A DNA stretch of 64,000 nt from Octopus sinensis (lineage: Eukaryota), in the NCBI RefSeq assembly GCF_006345805.1, contig NC_043024.1:12462001-12526000 (forward strand), written 5' to 3'. Of this stretch, positions 1 through 13,076 are shown piece after piece. Each line of letters begins with the position of its first letter. Within the stretch, counting starts at the first letter, position 1. Below the pieces are notes generated by a model, which searched no databases, had not been told where the DNA came from, and was given only the letters and a program-made list of their open reading frames with translations. The translations under genes and the position numbers were made by a program.

Positions 1-459
1 GCTCCCATCCCTATTTTCCACCCCCTTTCTTCCATCTGTCCCCTACCACATCTTACTCCTTCCCCTTCTGAGATATTTTCTTCTGTTTCTTAGCCCTTGT
101 CTTGGGTGTTTTCTATTGTAGTCTGGTGCCAACCAATATCCCGTGAGAGTAAATCGGTTCATGGAAACATGTTTGTAGTCCTTTCTTACACATACATACA
201 CACACATATGTATTTGTGTCTTTGTGTTTCTGGTTGTTTCTCCTTTCCACCACATGACAAACGATGTTGGTTTGTTTACATCCACATAGTTTAGTGGTTT
301 GACACAAGAAACAACAGGTTAAGTTCCACACATAAAAAACTACCTGGGGCCAATTTAGTCAATTAAAACATTTCAAGATGGATCCCTTGCATGGCTGCAG
401 TTCACTGACTGAATCATGTAAGAGGTCAAAGGTCAATATAAACGTCAGTTAAATATATA

Positions 460-910
460 CATCATCATCATCATCATCATCATCATTTAGGGTTTGTTTT
501 CCATGCTGGCATGGGTTGGATGATTTGACTGGAACTGGTAAGCCACATAGTGGCACCTGGCTCCAGTCTGAATCTGGTTTGCTTTCTACAGCGGGATGCC
601 CTTCCAGATGCCAACCACTCCAAAAGTGTAATGGGTGCCTTTTACAGGTCACCAGCAAAGGTTCCCCTTGTGTGTTACTGGTACAAGTGCTTCTTATGTG
701 TCACTGGCACAGGTGCCTGTTACGGGTCACCAGTACTGGCCATGATTAAGATTTCACTTGGTTTGCTGTGCCTTCTCAAGCGCAGAATATTGCCAAAGGT
801 CTCAATCACATGCCATTGCCTCCAGGAAGCTCAACACCCAAAGACCATGCTTCATCACCTCGTCCTAAGTCTTCCTGGATTTATCTCTTCCACAGGTTCC
901 CTCCACAGTT
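460..910 (-). mobile_element. Non-autonomous retroelement/SINE sharing the RTE LINE 3' tail ((CAT)n + ...ttccatgctggcatgggttgga...)
   Basis: The terminal motif and (CAT)n run match the tail of the RTE copy at 28490-28660. Related copies lie near 2090-2600, 18715, 26780, 34790, 40050, 51430 and 54700. Confidence 0.7.
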
Positions 911-1009
911 AGAGATACATATGTCTGTATGTATATATATATATATATAAAATCTTACATCAGTTTCCAAGCTTTCTGTTAAATTATGATTTTTAAAAAT
1001 GTGTGAGTA

Positions 1010-1043
<34 letters not shown>

Positions 1044-1450
1044 GTAAAGAGAGAGTGTGTGTATATATATATATCATTTAACACCTATGTTTCTGTGATA
1101 GCATGGGCTGGACAGAATTTGTTGAGGTGGCTATGGCTGGATGCCATTCCTGTCACGAACCCTCACTTGTTCTAAGTAAGTTAATATTTCCTGATCACCA
1201 GATCTGTCTCAGAAGAATGGAACTGAAGGACCACCTACTGGTGTGATGGGGACACTTGCTTACAACTACCAGGCAAAGTCAAGGAAAGAAGCCAGTAACA
1301 TACACACACAAATAAATAAATAAATATATATATATATTATATATATATATATATATATTATTCTATGCTAATTTAGTTAATTGTAAGATAGAAATTTAAA
1401 GTGCCTACATGATAACTGCAAGCCTACTTTTGGGCTACCTTGTGTGTGTG

Positions 1451-1514
<64 letters not shown>

Positions 1515-2089
1515 ATGGGCTTCTTTCAGTTTCGGTCGACCAAATCCACTCACATGGCTTTAGTTGACCCAGGGCTATAATAGAAGACAGTAACCCAAGT
1601 GTCACACAATAGGACCGAACCTGAAGCCATGTGGCTGGGATGCAAACTTGTTACCATACAGCCACACCTGTTTGTCACATGCCCATAAAAGGTAACAAGC
1701 ACAATGATATTTGTTTTGCCCATACAATTGTGATGTGTGCCAGGCTGTAGCAAAATGTCTTTATTGGACCAACAGACAGAGACAAGGTGGCAGAACCAGT
1801 GATTAAACACCAATTACAGCAGCTGTCATCATCACTATTATCGCTGAAAGGGGGTGAGAGATGACAGAATGGATGGCGCGATCAGACGAAAGGCTTGCTG
1901 GAATTTTCTTTTGAGTTTATATTCTGTTCAGTTCAACTTTGCCTTTTATCCTTTTTTTTTTTGGAGGGGGGGGGGGGGGCGATGAAACAAGTACCAGTTG
2001 TGCACTGGGATCACTAATTGACTAACTCCCACCACCAAATTTCAGGCCTTGTACTTATAGTAAAGAGAATTATTATTATTACCATCATC

Positions 2090-2600
2090 TGTGCTAGCGG
2101 GGTGCCAAGAGCACCAGACGAGTGTGATCGTTGACAGAGTGGCTAACCGGCTTCCGTGCCAGTGGCACATAAAAGGCACCATTCGAGTGCGATTGTTACC
2201 AGCGTCACCTTACTGGCCCTTGTGCCCATGCTAGTAGGGTGCCAAGAGCACCATCCGAGCGGGATCATTGCCAGAGTGGCTAACAGGCTTCCGTGCAGGT
2301 GGGACGTAAAAGGCACCATTCGAGCGTGATTGTTACCAGCATCGCCTTACTGGCACCTGTGCCGGTGGCATGTGTAAAAAGATTCAAGCGAGGTCATTGC
2401 CAGTACCGCTTGACTGGCCTCCATGCCGGCGGCATGTAAAAAGCACCCACTATGCTCTCAGAATGGTTGGCATTAGGAAGGGCATCCAGCTGTAGAAACT
2501 CTGTCAGATCAAGATTGGAGCCTGGTGCAGCCATCTGGTTCGCCAGCCCTCAGTCAAAATCGTCCAACCCATGCTAGCATGGAAAGCAGACTTTAAATGA
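2090..2600 (+). mobile_element. RTE-tail SINE copy with an internal ~136-bp tandem duplication
   Basis: gtgccaagagcacca...aaaaggcaccattcgag...ccttactggc occurs at about 2100-2220 and again at 2240-2355. The copy ends in ccatgctagcatggaaagcagactttaaatgatga. Confidence 0.65.
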
Positions 2601-2640
2601 TGATTATTATTATTATTATTATTATTGTTATTGTTACTGG

Positions 2641-2855
2641 AAGGCTGTGAGCTGGCAGAATCGTTAGGATGCCGGTCAAAACGCTTAGTGGTATTTTTGT
2701 CTGTCTTCATGTTCTGAGATCAGATTCTGCCGAGGTCAACTTTGCCTTTCATCCTTTCAAAATTAGAAAACAGAAGTACCACTCAAATACAGGGGTCAAT
2801 GTAATTGACTTGCCCCATCCTCTTAAAAATGCCGGCCTTGAGTCAAAATTAGAAT
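2641..2855 (+). mobile_element. tRNA-derived SINE, family 2 (Meta-domain-like core gaggtcaactttgcctttcatcc)
   Basis: A/B-box-like head followed by the conserved core. Other copies lie at 34135-34500 (+), 52530-52760 (+), 49060-49230 (-) and 14440-14590 (-). The Meta-domain label is from memory. Confidence 0.65.
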
Positions 2856-4772
2856 TACTACTACTACTACTACTACTACTACAGTAGTTGTAGACACTAA
2901 CAATGTCTACGCAATGTTCTCATAAAGGATAATCACAGCTGGAATAAATCTCAACAGAGAACTGTTGGATCAGTGCTGAACATCAACCCCCCCACGACCA
3001 CCACCACTTGTGGCTATTTTATAAACAGGATATCAGAATGGAATTATGGTTTCAACTGTAACATTATCGGGGGGGGGGGGGGCAGGTGAGAAGGAGGGAG
3101 ACATAATACTAACACACCAAGGGAAGGGGGGACTCATGGTGTGTGTGTGCATATATATATAATATATATATATAATATATATGCACACACATACACACAA
3201 ATACACATACATACGCACACATATTTATATATACCTATATATGTGTGTGTGTGTGTATTTATGTAGATTGTATAGTGTTTAGTTTCAAAACAAAATCTCC
3301 AAATAGAGTTTAAAAAAAAGCTTTTAATCTGTCCCCTTGGTGATTGGTGGGAGAGGCATGGGTGGAGGGGAAGAAATTGTAGCCTATTAAATGTGAAAAT
3401 GGATATTTAAATTTAATAAAAACATGACAACATAAAAGAGTTTTCATCAGTTGGAAAAGAAAATGGACTGCTTCCCACAAGAGACGAGCGATAGAAAAAT
3501 ACATAAATGGCGGGGGAGGAGAGAGGGGGGAGAAGAAGAGGAAGAAACAGAGAAAAAGGGAGATGGGTAATGTTCAATTATAATTTTAAAATTAGGAAAA
3601 TCAAATTTATACCCTTCTTGCAGTTTATTTTATTTTGTTAAGAAATCCATATTTTCCGCTCCACTGCCATCCTTTGCCCATCTTTCTTCCCTTCTTCTGC
3701 TCTTCATCTCCAATATATCCAACCATGGAAATATAAGGTGTCACAGTTTTATCACTTCTGTTTGCTTGAGTGTTTTCACTCAGATTATCTGTAAACTTAG
3801 TACGGCTTAGAAATTGAATATGGAGAATAGCAGTGTCTCTTACAGGCTGACCAATCAGGTCCCCCTGCGGGGCCTTTTGAAAGGGAAGCAGTCAATGAAA
3901 TTAGATTCACTTAAACTTTATGAACTTATCCTCCAACATGACAAAGAAAGAAAGAAATTGTATGGAAAGTACTAAAGATGGGGTACAAACAATTCGTTGA
4001 ACATTTTTACAGGGAGCTGCTTTTTGTCAGTTTGACAACTATTAGGATAGAGTGTTTGTGGCTAGGTCATGGTTGGAAGGTTCTTGATCTAAATCTGATG
4101 GATCAGAGATGAATTGAAGCTCAGTAACAATAATATGTAGCAATCTGTGAAGTCCAGTCGCTTGACTTCCTGAAAATAGCATCAAATCTCACTCAGAATC
4201 ACACCCTAATATCTTTAAAAAAGGAAGGACACCTTAGAGAATGTGGTCCTAAATTATGCCTGGCTGGATCTGGGCAGACCCAGGGCTACTACCAAAACCG
4301 CTACAACAATTAAAACAATATACTATGATTCAGTGGGATAACTTTTATGTTGACCCACAAGAAATAGTAACCATATCTCCCTCAAACTGTGTCTTACATA
4401 CAGTCATAAAAAAAAGAACATTGTAAAATCTGGTCTAAGGTGAACTGGGCTTTGAGAAATAGCAGAGACAGTAGTGGTAGTGGTGGCCATAGATGGAAGA
4501 TCACTGACCAGAAGTAAACAACAACATTAACATTGAACAATGTAGTCCTAGATACATATGTGAATAAAAATGTAGGATGGTCATAACTACAAAGCCTTTA
4601 AGGCTGAGTACAACAGGTTTGGTAACAAAATATTCGGTTCAAACATTATTTTGTAGTTTTAGATTTAACCATTGTCTTCACAGAATAGTTGAGTTACTTA
4701 TTCACCCAGTGTCAATGACTCATACACACACTTGTGCTACAATATATAGCACAAATGGGATTGAGGGCTTAC

Positions 4773-4869
4773 CTTGCCTGTCCATGACTCAGGTATTTTA
4801 ACAGGCAGCACTTTGAGAGTGTATATACTCCACCTTGCTAGTGCAGCCACCAGAAAATACACAAAGCAT
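4773..4869 (-). CDS. Candidate exon of an unidentified minus-strand transcript
   Basis: Strong donor AAG|GTAAGC at 4772; the acceptor is weak or ambiguous. One frame is open (CFVYFLVAALARWSIYTLKVLPVKIPESWTGK). Confidence 0.25.
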
Positions 4870-5000
4870 CTACATTAAGTATTTGTAGTTGATGATATGT
4901 ATTATATGAGGACTGCTTTTATTTCATATGTGCGTGTGTGTCTGTGTGTGTATATATATGTATGTATGTGTATGTATATATATATATATATATGTATAAT

Positions 5001-5870
5001 TGTGCCAGGCAGAAACCCCACTGATGCTATATCTCTCGTAAGGCAACTGAAGGAGAAATACCTAGCCAAAGATAAACCTTTGTACCTGGCTTTTGTTGAC
5101 TTGGAGTAAGCCTTTGACAGGGTCCCCCGATCCCTTATCTTGTGGTCAATGTGGAAACTGGGAATAGACGAGTGACTGGTAAGAGCTGTACAAGCTCTGT
5201 ACAGGGATGCTGTCAGTTAGGTGAGGGTTGGTAATGAGTTCAATGAAGAATTCTGAGAAGTAGGGGTTCACCAAAAATCAGCCCTCAGCCCCCTCTTATT
5301 TATTATAGACCTCCAGACAATAACAGAGGAATTCAAGACAAGCTGCCCCTAGGAGCTCCTCTATGCTGATGACCTTACTCTAATAGCTGAGTCACTGCCA
5401 GAACTGGAGACGAAGTTTATGGTGTGGAAGCAAGGTCTAGAGTTGAAGAGCCTTAGGGTTAACCTAGCAAAAAACAAAGTCTTAGTAAGTAGGAAGGCTG
5501 ACAAATCACAAACCCTTCAGGTAGAGGGCCCTGCTTGGTCTCTAGAAAAGGCATGGGTAGAAACTCCATACGATGTACCTGGTGTAAGCTATGGACACAT
5601 AAAGGGTGCAGCAATATCAAAGGAAGGCCAACCGGGGAAATAGTTTTTGTGTGTGGAAGATGCACTGGGGCAATAAACACTGAAGATGTACAGAAAACAG
5701 ATTCTGTCACATATCAGGGGAAGAAACTAGAAGAGGTTAATAGCTTCTGCTACCTAGACAACCAAGTCTGAAGTTGGGGTGGTTACTCTGAGAGTGTAAT
5801 GGCTAGAGTAAGAATAGCCTGGGCAAAGTTCAGGGAGCTCCTGCCTCTGCTGGCAACTAAAGGCCTCTTG
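5001..5870 (+). pseudogene. RTE-clade LINE reverse transcriptase fragment, inactivated
   Basis: Translates to RQLKEKYLAKDKPLYLAFVDLE*AFDRVP, then LLYADDL, and later RVRIAWAKFRELLPLL, with many stops and frameshifts. Confidence 0.92.
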
Positions 5871-5929
5871 CTCAGTATGGGGGTAAAAAAAAAAATGGAC
5901 ATTCAACAAATGACTAACAAACATGAATT

Positions 5930-6500
5930 TTGCAGTCATAATATTAGGGTCTCGTTATTCCACAATTACATCATCAACCCAGACACAAAATTAAGATCAC
6001 ATTTATGTCACAAATCTCAAACTGCCACAAAATCCCAATATCACTGTTAGTCATGTCACAGCATCAGAGCACAATTTCCCAATATTACACAATTACGAGG
6101 GGTGTATATGAAAAGTTTTAACCCTTCAAGGCCTTTGAGCCTTGAAGTCTTGTACCTTCATCAGAAGTCTTGTGTCATGTTTTGTTTTTTTAGGGCTCAA
6201 GACTTTTCATACACCCCTTGTATAATGTTGATGCGTCACACAGTTATGATGTTACATACCCCTTCATAATGTCACACAATTATAGCATCACAATATGGCA
6301 CAGTTATAAGGCCACAGGACCACAGCGATACAATCTCAATATTATACAATATTAGAATGTGATAACGTTCACAACGTTACATCTGAATATCTCGTACAGT
6401 TACGATACCACATAGTTACATCTTCACAATGTTCCGTTGTCATAATTGCACAAGGTCACAATTACAACGATTTCACACAGATAAAACATCACAATGTGCG
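5930..6500. repeat. Degenerate short-period minisatellite (cacaattacaatgt-like)
   Basis: Recurring gtcacaa/ttacaa/atatcac motifs, interrupted by the MITE at 6096-6220. Confidence 0.55.
6096..6220. mobile_element. Tc1/mariner-type MITE
   Basis: TA|cgaggggtgtatatgaaaagt ... gacttttcatacaccccttg|TA: terminal inverted repeats flanked by TA. Confidence 0.75.
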
Positions 6501-7191
6501 CAAGTTGCAATTTTTATAAAACCAGAGACTTAGAATGTCACAGAGTCTCTGTTGATAACACAGAAAATACTATTTCAATGACTCTTCTCCACTCCCACTC
6601 TCAGCTCTTATCTAAATGCAAAGGACACATTGTGAGACGACTGAATAAAGTCAACGAGAGGGAGGTGCCAAGTGCAGTGAGAAAATTTCTTCAAAAGTAG
6701 AATAGAAATGAAGAAAATATATAAATAAGTAATAATAATAATAATAAATTCTGGTTTTATTGGCCACAAGGGCTAATATAAATTAATAAACATGAATGGA
6801 CAAACACAGATGGATAAAAACAAAGGGTTTTGCAAAAAAGAAAGGTCCGTGTAAACATATAAGAGAAATTTAACAAGTAAAAACTCCCAATGGGGGGGGG
6901 GGCGTTTTGAAAGTTCGCTCGTGGAAAAACCCATAAAAGCCATGGGATCCTGGTCAAATGGGGAGAGAGCCCCTTCTTTTATATTCCTTTCTTCACAGGT
7001 GTACTCTCAGAATTGGTCCGGTCATACTGGCCATTATACCGACATTCAACCCACCTTTCAACAAATTTGCTAGGAGTCAACACTTCCCTCTTTATTAGTA
7101 TTATTATTGGTTTCTTTGGAAACCAATAATAATAATTAATAACAATGATGATAAACGAATAAAAGAAACAAAAGTAATTTTTCCTGCTTAC

Positions 7192-7236
7192 CTTGTACGA
7201 AATGTATTTCCTATTTTCGTAGATGAGATAAACCTC
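7192..7236 (-). CDS. Candidate 45-nt exon (EVYLIYENRKYISYK in phase 0, or RFISSTKIGNTFRT in phase 2)
   Basis: Unique sequence with acceptor tttcttatctatttacag| and donor AAG|GTAAGC; length is a multiple of 3. Confidence 0.45.
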
Positions 7237-7548
7237 CTGTAAATAGATAAGAAATTATATTAGAGTGTGTCATTGACGCTGACAAATAACACGCATACAC
7301 ACAACCCCTGCCCCGACCCCACCTACACACAAACCCACACCCATGCAGAGGAAGAGACATTGTAGTGAGAACATGGAGTTGACTTTGTCAACATGTTATC
7401 ATAGGTTCTATCTCACAGCATAATTAGACCTTGTTTTCTATTGTTGCTTCAAGCTGACTCGGCACCCTTTAAGTGAAATAGGGGAGAAACGGCACAGGGG
7501 AGAGCCGGCACCGGGGAAAGACGGTACAGGAGACCTTCACACATATAT

Positions 7549-7587
<39 letters not shown>

Positions 7588-8099
7588 CTTTCGTTTCAGT
7601 CACTTGATTGTGGCCATGCTGGAGCACTGCCTTTAGTCGAACAAATTGACCCCAGGACTTATTCTTTATAACCTGAGAACTTATTCTTTTGGTCTCTTTT
7701 GCCAAACCACTAAGTTACGGGGACGTAAACACACCAACATCAGTAGTCAATCGATGGTGGTGGACACACACACACACACATATATATATGTACGACAGGC
7801 TTCTTTTAGTTTCTGTCTACCAAATCCACTCAGAAGGCTTCAGTCAGCCCAAGGCTATAGTAGCCTACACCAGACCTCTGTGACTGCTTAGGCAGGCTTT
7901 TTACAGCTAGATTCCCTTCCTAACACCAACCACTCAGCAGAGTGGACTTAGTGCTTTTAATGTGGCACAAGCATAGGCGAGGTCAGTTTTGTGCAAGGTT
8001 TTTACAACAGGATGTCCTTCTGAACACCAACCACTTTACAGTGTGGACTGAGTGCTTTTAAGTGGCACCTGCACCGACAGGGTCACCAAGTACTTGAAA

Positions 8100-8254
8100 G
8101 ACAACAACAAAAAACTTTCAAGAGGGAAGTGGGTATTGGAGGAGGTGATCTTGTGTTGGATGATGACAAGTTAGAGTGAAACAGAAACAGGTGTCTTGCT
8201 GTAGAGGAAGTACAAGGTTACCTGGAGAGAGAGAGAGAAAGAGAGAGAGAGAGC

Positions 8255-8292
<38 letters not shown>

Positions 8293-9090
8293 AGGAATAA
8301 AGATAGAAACATGTGTGCTACCACAAAGGAAATATATGGATACCCAACCTGAGGGAAGTGCAGGAGAAGGCGAGAGAGAGAGTGGGATAGAGATGGCGGC
8401 AAATGCCAGGCATACACACAAGGGACAGGGATCAGAATATAAATGGGATGGTTGAGTAACGGAAGAGAAAGATATAGATGGGGGCAAGTGTCAGGGCATA
8501 ACCTTGAAGTTCGAATGCCATAACATATGTGGCAGGATATTGTGAAGGAAGTGTGATTAAAGAGAACGGAGGTGGGGAGGGAGTGGCATAAACCTGGGTA
8601 TATATAAAGTCGGTGGTTACTGGACAGAAATGATACAGAGGAACAAGGGCCATGAGGAGAGGACGGGGGAGCGAGAGCAAGGTATGGTGTATGAAGGAGG
8701 AAATGTGAGGAAGGGAAGAGAGGTGGAGATGTAGATTGGTTTGTTGGGGTGGGGTGAGGGAAAAGTTTTCTGGTTACGTATGGGTGGAACACATAGGTCG
8801 GGTGGGAGGCTAGTGGATAGCAATAATACAGTGAGACAAGGAATGTGGGCAAGCAGAGAGCAATGATACAGTGGCACAAGGCCAAGGGGTCAGGATTGGG
8901 GAGTGGTGGGGTAAGTATAGTGCATGAAGCAGAAATGTGAGGAAGGGAAGAGATGTAGAGACATAGTTTGGTTTGTTGTGGTTTGTTGTGTGAGAAGTTT
9001 TGTTGAGTGTGGGAGGGACACACAGCACTTCTAGAACCCAGATTTGCTGACGTGAGTGGGTCTTCATATCGCAAGACATCTTGGTCCATT
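8100..9090. repeat. Unclassified purine-rich interspersed repeat remnant
   Basis: The start resembles 42900-43550 (ttcaag...gtggg...ggtgtcttgctgtagagg versus ggtgccttgctatagtgg). The 355-aa ORF on the minus strand is low-complexity. Confidence 0.45.
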
Positions 9091-10106
9091 GTCATTTCTT
9101 CCATGAGGCCCATAAGTATGTATGTGTGCATGTACACATACATATGTGTGTGTGTGCACATATACGGGTATATACAAATGTACAAGTATACAATATTGTG
9201 AACAAGATTTTACCAATTACATTTTTCTTAATTATTTTTTTTGGTGTGTTTTTCATGTTATTTACCAAAATGGTTAGATAGATCTACTTAGCAGTAATTT
9301 AATTTTAATAGACTTGTTCGTAGAATCAGATACTTCCAACATACTTTGTATATCCTCAGCCAACAACAGTCACCACATATTCAAAATGGCTCCCAAGAGA
9401 CAAAAAAAAAAAGAAGAAAAAAAACAGCAGTGATAATGAAATATGAAAATAAATATATGAAGAAGTAAAGGAGAAAGTAACTGATGGCAGCCCATGTTGA
9501 AAGGTCAAGCAGCAACCGTGCAGTCGACACACAAAGAGCCAAAAGTTGAAAAAAAAAAAGGAAAAAGAAAGAAGGAAAGAGCCTCCTGAGGCTAATAAAA
9601 ACTTGCCAGGCACAGATTTTTGACAGATGCAATGGAAATGTGCCAGTGACCAGGCTGCAAAAGTGCACTGAGAATTTTGGCTAAGAGAAAGAAAGTGTTA
9701 CAGTTTTTGTTCTTGAACAACGAAAACCGTTCTTCCACAATGTAACCACTCTCTTTCTCTCTTTGACTCTGGCTCTCTGCAAATGTGTGTGTGTGTGTGT
9801 GTGACCTAATGTGGCTAGGGTGTTGCACTCATGATTGCAGTTTCGATTCGCAGACCAGTGATGGGTTGTATTCTTGAGCAAAGCACTCTATTTCATGTTG
9901 CCTCAGTGCACTCAGCTGCACAAAGGTAACCCTGTGATGGACAACCTGATGTCCTGCTCAAGGAGAATGTTTACCTGCCAATCTCATCAGTGGAGTGACG
10001 TTATTCAAAAGCTACAATAATGCAAGGAAGTGCGACCAGTGGTGTATAACAACAACAACTGATAGGCTGGTCGATACAGTGATATATATATATGATATGA
10101 TATATT

Positions 10107-10441
10107 GAGACCCCCTTCGGTCATGACTGACCATGGGATTGCACCTAGAAAGTTACCCTCCCAGGCACAAGTCCGGGAAAGGTTGTTTATGGAAGACCAA
10201 CAGTCGCCCATGCATACCAGCTTCCCCTCTCCACGCCGCCAGTGTTATCCAAGGGAAAGGTAACAGCAAATACAGCTTGGCACCAGTGATGTTGTAACTC
10301 ATTTCTACAGCTGAGTGAACTGGAGCAACGTGAATTAAAGTGTCTTGCTCAAGAGCACAACATGCAGCCCAGTCTGGGATTCGAACTCACAACCTCACGA
10401 TCATAAGCTCGGCACTCTAACCACTGAGCCATGCACCTTCA
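10107..10441 (-). mobile_element. tRNA-derived SINE, family 3 (full length)
   Basis: The reverse complement starts gtgaaggtgcatggctcagtggttag...gttcgaatcc (A and B boxes). Other copies lie at 42006-42320, 37665-37850, 41095-41335 and 9800-9990. Confidence 0.8.
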
Positions 10442-10478
10442 CTAGATATGATATATATATATATATATATATATAATT

Positions 10479-10728
10479 ATAATTAAGGGTATCTAAAAGA
10501 TACCATCATGCTAGAGATGGTATCGACATCAAAAATTCATAGAACACCAGGAGAAAAGATAAAAAGACAAACTAAACCAGCAAAAAATAGGATCCAATAA
10601 TTTTTTGCTATTTTCTTTTGTCTCTTTGTCTTCTCTCCTGGTGTTGTATGAATATTTGATATGGTTTTAGAGTCAAGTTTTGACTGCTATCTTTAGCATG
10701 ATGGTATCTTTTAGAAACCCTTAATTAT
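10479..10728. repeat. ~250-bp palindromic (foldback/MITE-like) element
   Basis: ataattaagggtatctaaaagataccatcatgctag pairs with ctttagcatgatggtatcttttagaaacccttaattat; the inner arms also pair. Confidence 0.85.
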
Positions 10729-10838
10729 TTAATTATAATTTTAATAATAATTATTGCCTATGAAGTTTTTATTCCCACGCCAGCCACTTGATATGATCAG
10801 TATTTAAAAAAAAAAACATCTTATCCTTATTTATATGA

Positions 10839-10876
<38 letters not shown>

Positions 10877-11100
10877 TTTATATAAAGGCAGCAGAGATAT
10901 AACAAAAGCTGTTATTCAGAGTTTCATGTTCCTAACAGTTTTGTTAAATTTTAACAAAACTGTCCGATGAACGGGAACGTGAAACTCTGAGTAACAGCTT
11001 TTGTTATATTTCTGCTGCTTTTAAATAAAGCATATTACTCTACCTCTGGTATTTGAGTACTCTTTTCTCCACCTTGTTTCACATTTGTTATTTCATAATA
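10877..11100. mobile_element. Palindromic Penelope-like repeat carrying a hammerhead motif
   Basis: Inverted arms 10877-10945 and 10950-11030. An internally deleted sister copy lies at 25137-25275. The Penelope assignment is inferred from the hammerhead. Confidence 0.6.
10955..11003 (+). ncRNA. Minimal type I hammerhead ribozyme fold (U4C core variant)
   Basis: caaaactgt-CCGATGA-acg GGAA cgt-GAAA-ctc t gag-TA-acagcttttg: stems I, II and III all pair; predicted cleavage after GUA at 10993. Confidence 0.7.
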
Positions 11101-12366
11101 TATATTTGTTAATTCATAATAGAGTATAAAGGATAAAAATCTCGTTAATGTGTTGACGAAGGAAGAAAGCTTATTTTTTTGCTTTAATCCTGAAAGTGGA
11201 GCCAATTCACAATTAACGTGAGGTCAGTTTTCAGCTGTGTGTATATTTAATCTGGAGTTTTTGGTAGTTTTTTGAAGGTCTCGGTACATCAAGCATGCTG
11301 AAGACAGGTTGTTTTCACCCTTGTTCCCTTAATTATAATTATATGTATATATGTCTATCTATCCCTCTTTATCAAAGAATGATATGCATGTATGTCATCA
11401 TCATCATCATCACCATTTTATTTCTGCTTCTAATCCTGGTATCATATTGATGGACCATCAAGGTATAAATAAATTCAGTTCCTGTCAAGATGGGTTGGAG
11501 AAAAGAAGGCAGAAGAGACATGACAGGAATTCAATGAGTGGGTGGACTCACCTAGATATATTATACACCCGAGCTACACCACCACCACCACCACAACCAC
11601 ACCACCACCACCACAACCACCACCACCACCACCACCACCACCACCACCACCACCACCACCTGAATGACTGTTTTAACATGCTTGCTTTAGTGAATCGGTC
11701 GTTGTCTCCAGCGACGCACGACACCATGTCACGTTTCTGTGTCATCTACAGTGATTTATATATATAGTGATACATATATGTGTGTGTGAAGATATATATA
11801 TATATGTGTGATAGTTGATAACACACGGCTGAAGCGCATCCGTGAGTATTGTCCATGCAAAATGCCAGCAACACCTGTGCATTAGGTTATTTATAGCACC
11901 AGGAGATGGCGACACCCATGTTCGCATCCTTAGTTTCTGTGATTACTGTGGCGCCCTCCAACTCAACTGAGCATGAGAAAGTCACCCTTCAGGCAATTGT
12001 GCAACCTAAAATTTTAGACCCCATAAGTCTTGCACAGCACTTCACAGACCCTCTCCATCCTATTGACATGAATTAGAGACAGCCAGTTCAAGACATCCAG
12101 TGCCAATGAGGGTTGCAGGCTCAGGAATATGGGAGTGCTTTGATCTCAAGTGCAAGCAAAAAAACCCCTCACATCTTCAATGCCATTCCCTGTGTATCAG
12201 GTTTTATATCAGAATGACCTTTCTCCTGGAGATATGCTAATCATTAATTAGATAGATAATTGCATAAACACCTTAAAATCTCTGGTTTTGATTGGCTAAG
12301 CAAGTACACACACACACAACTAAGTCTATACTCACATAGACTGTCTGTCTGTCTATACACACTTAC

Positions 12367-12399
12367 ACACAACTCCATAACATATGTATCATCACCAAA
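12367..12399 (-). CDS. Candidate 33-nt exon (FGDDTYVMELC in phase 0, or LVMIHMLWSC in phase 2)
   Basis: Long polypyrimidine acceptor tttttctcctctctccccttcag| and donor TGT|GTAAGT. Confidence 0.45.
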
Positions 12400-12874
12400 C
12401 TGAAGGGGAGAGAGGAGAAAAAGATGAAAAAATTCTGCCCCTTCTGGGACAGTGGTCAATTTAATTGAGAAAATAGATTTTAGGATTTGTTTTTTATTTC
12501 ATATATCCAGAATGGATGTATATATCAAGTTGTATATCAGTTTTGTTGGTAAAGTAAGTTAGCATATACATACATCTGCACACACTCACCCTCACTTAGA
12601 TCTGCCCACAGATGTATACACATATCCATATCTTTATATACTTACATATATACGTGCATACACACACACTATTTGGTATCATTAACTTGTGGCTTCATGA
12701 GTCAAATACAGATACCAGCATGGTGCCGGGCATGACCATCCCGTCTGTAATGTATAACGACTGGTAAAGCAGAATGTTGAATACAAGAGGGTCAAAACGG
12801 AGTTCCCCCAAAGGATCTGTGGGGTAATGTTACTCGAGAGATCAGGGAGTTGCTTCAGGTTAAATTGCTTCAGA

Positions 12875-13076
12875 TTAACCCTTTAGCATTTAAACTGGCC
12901 ATATCCGGCCAAAAGTATTCTGCTTGTTTTATGGTCAAACTGGCCAGATCTGGTCTCTCACACCAACCATACAATACCATCTTAAAAATTAACAGCTACT
13001 TCATCAGATTAGTTCAAAACAATGTGAATAAAAAAGCATTAACTTTGGCAGAATAATGTGAACACTAAAGGGTTAA
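12875..13076. mobile_element. piggyBac-type MITE
   Basis: TTAA|CCCTTTAG ... CTAAAGGG|TTAA termini; homologous copy at 20434-20662. Confidence 0.85.

Noticed and set aside
8118-9185. 355-aa minus-strand ORF
   Set aside because: It runs through (CT)n and a pyrimidine-rich interspersed repeat, has S/P/L/H-biased composition and shows no domain motif.
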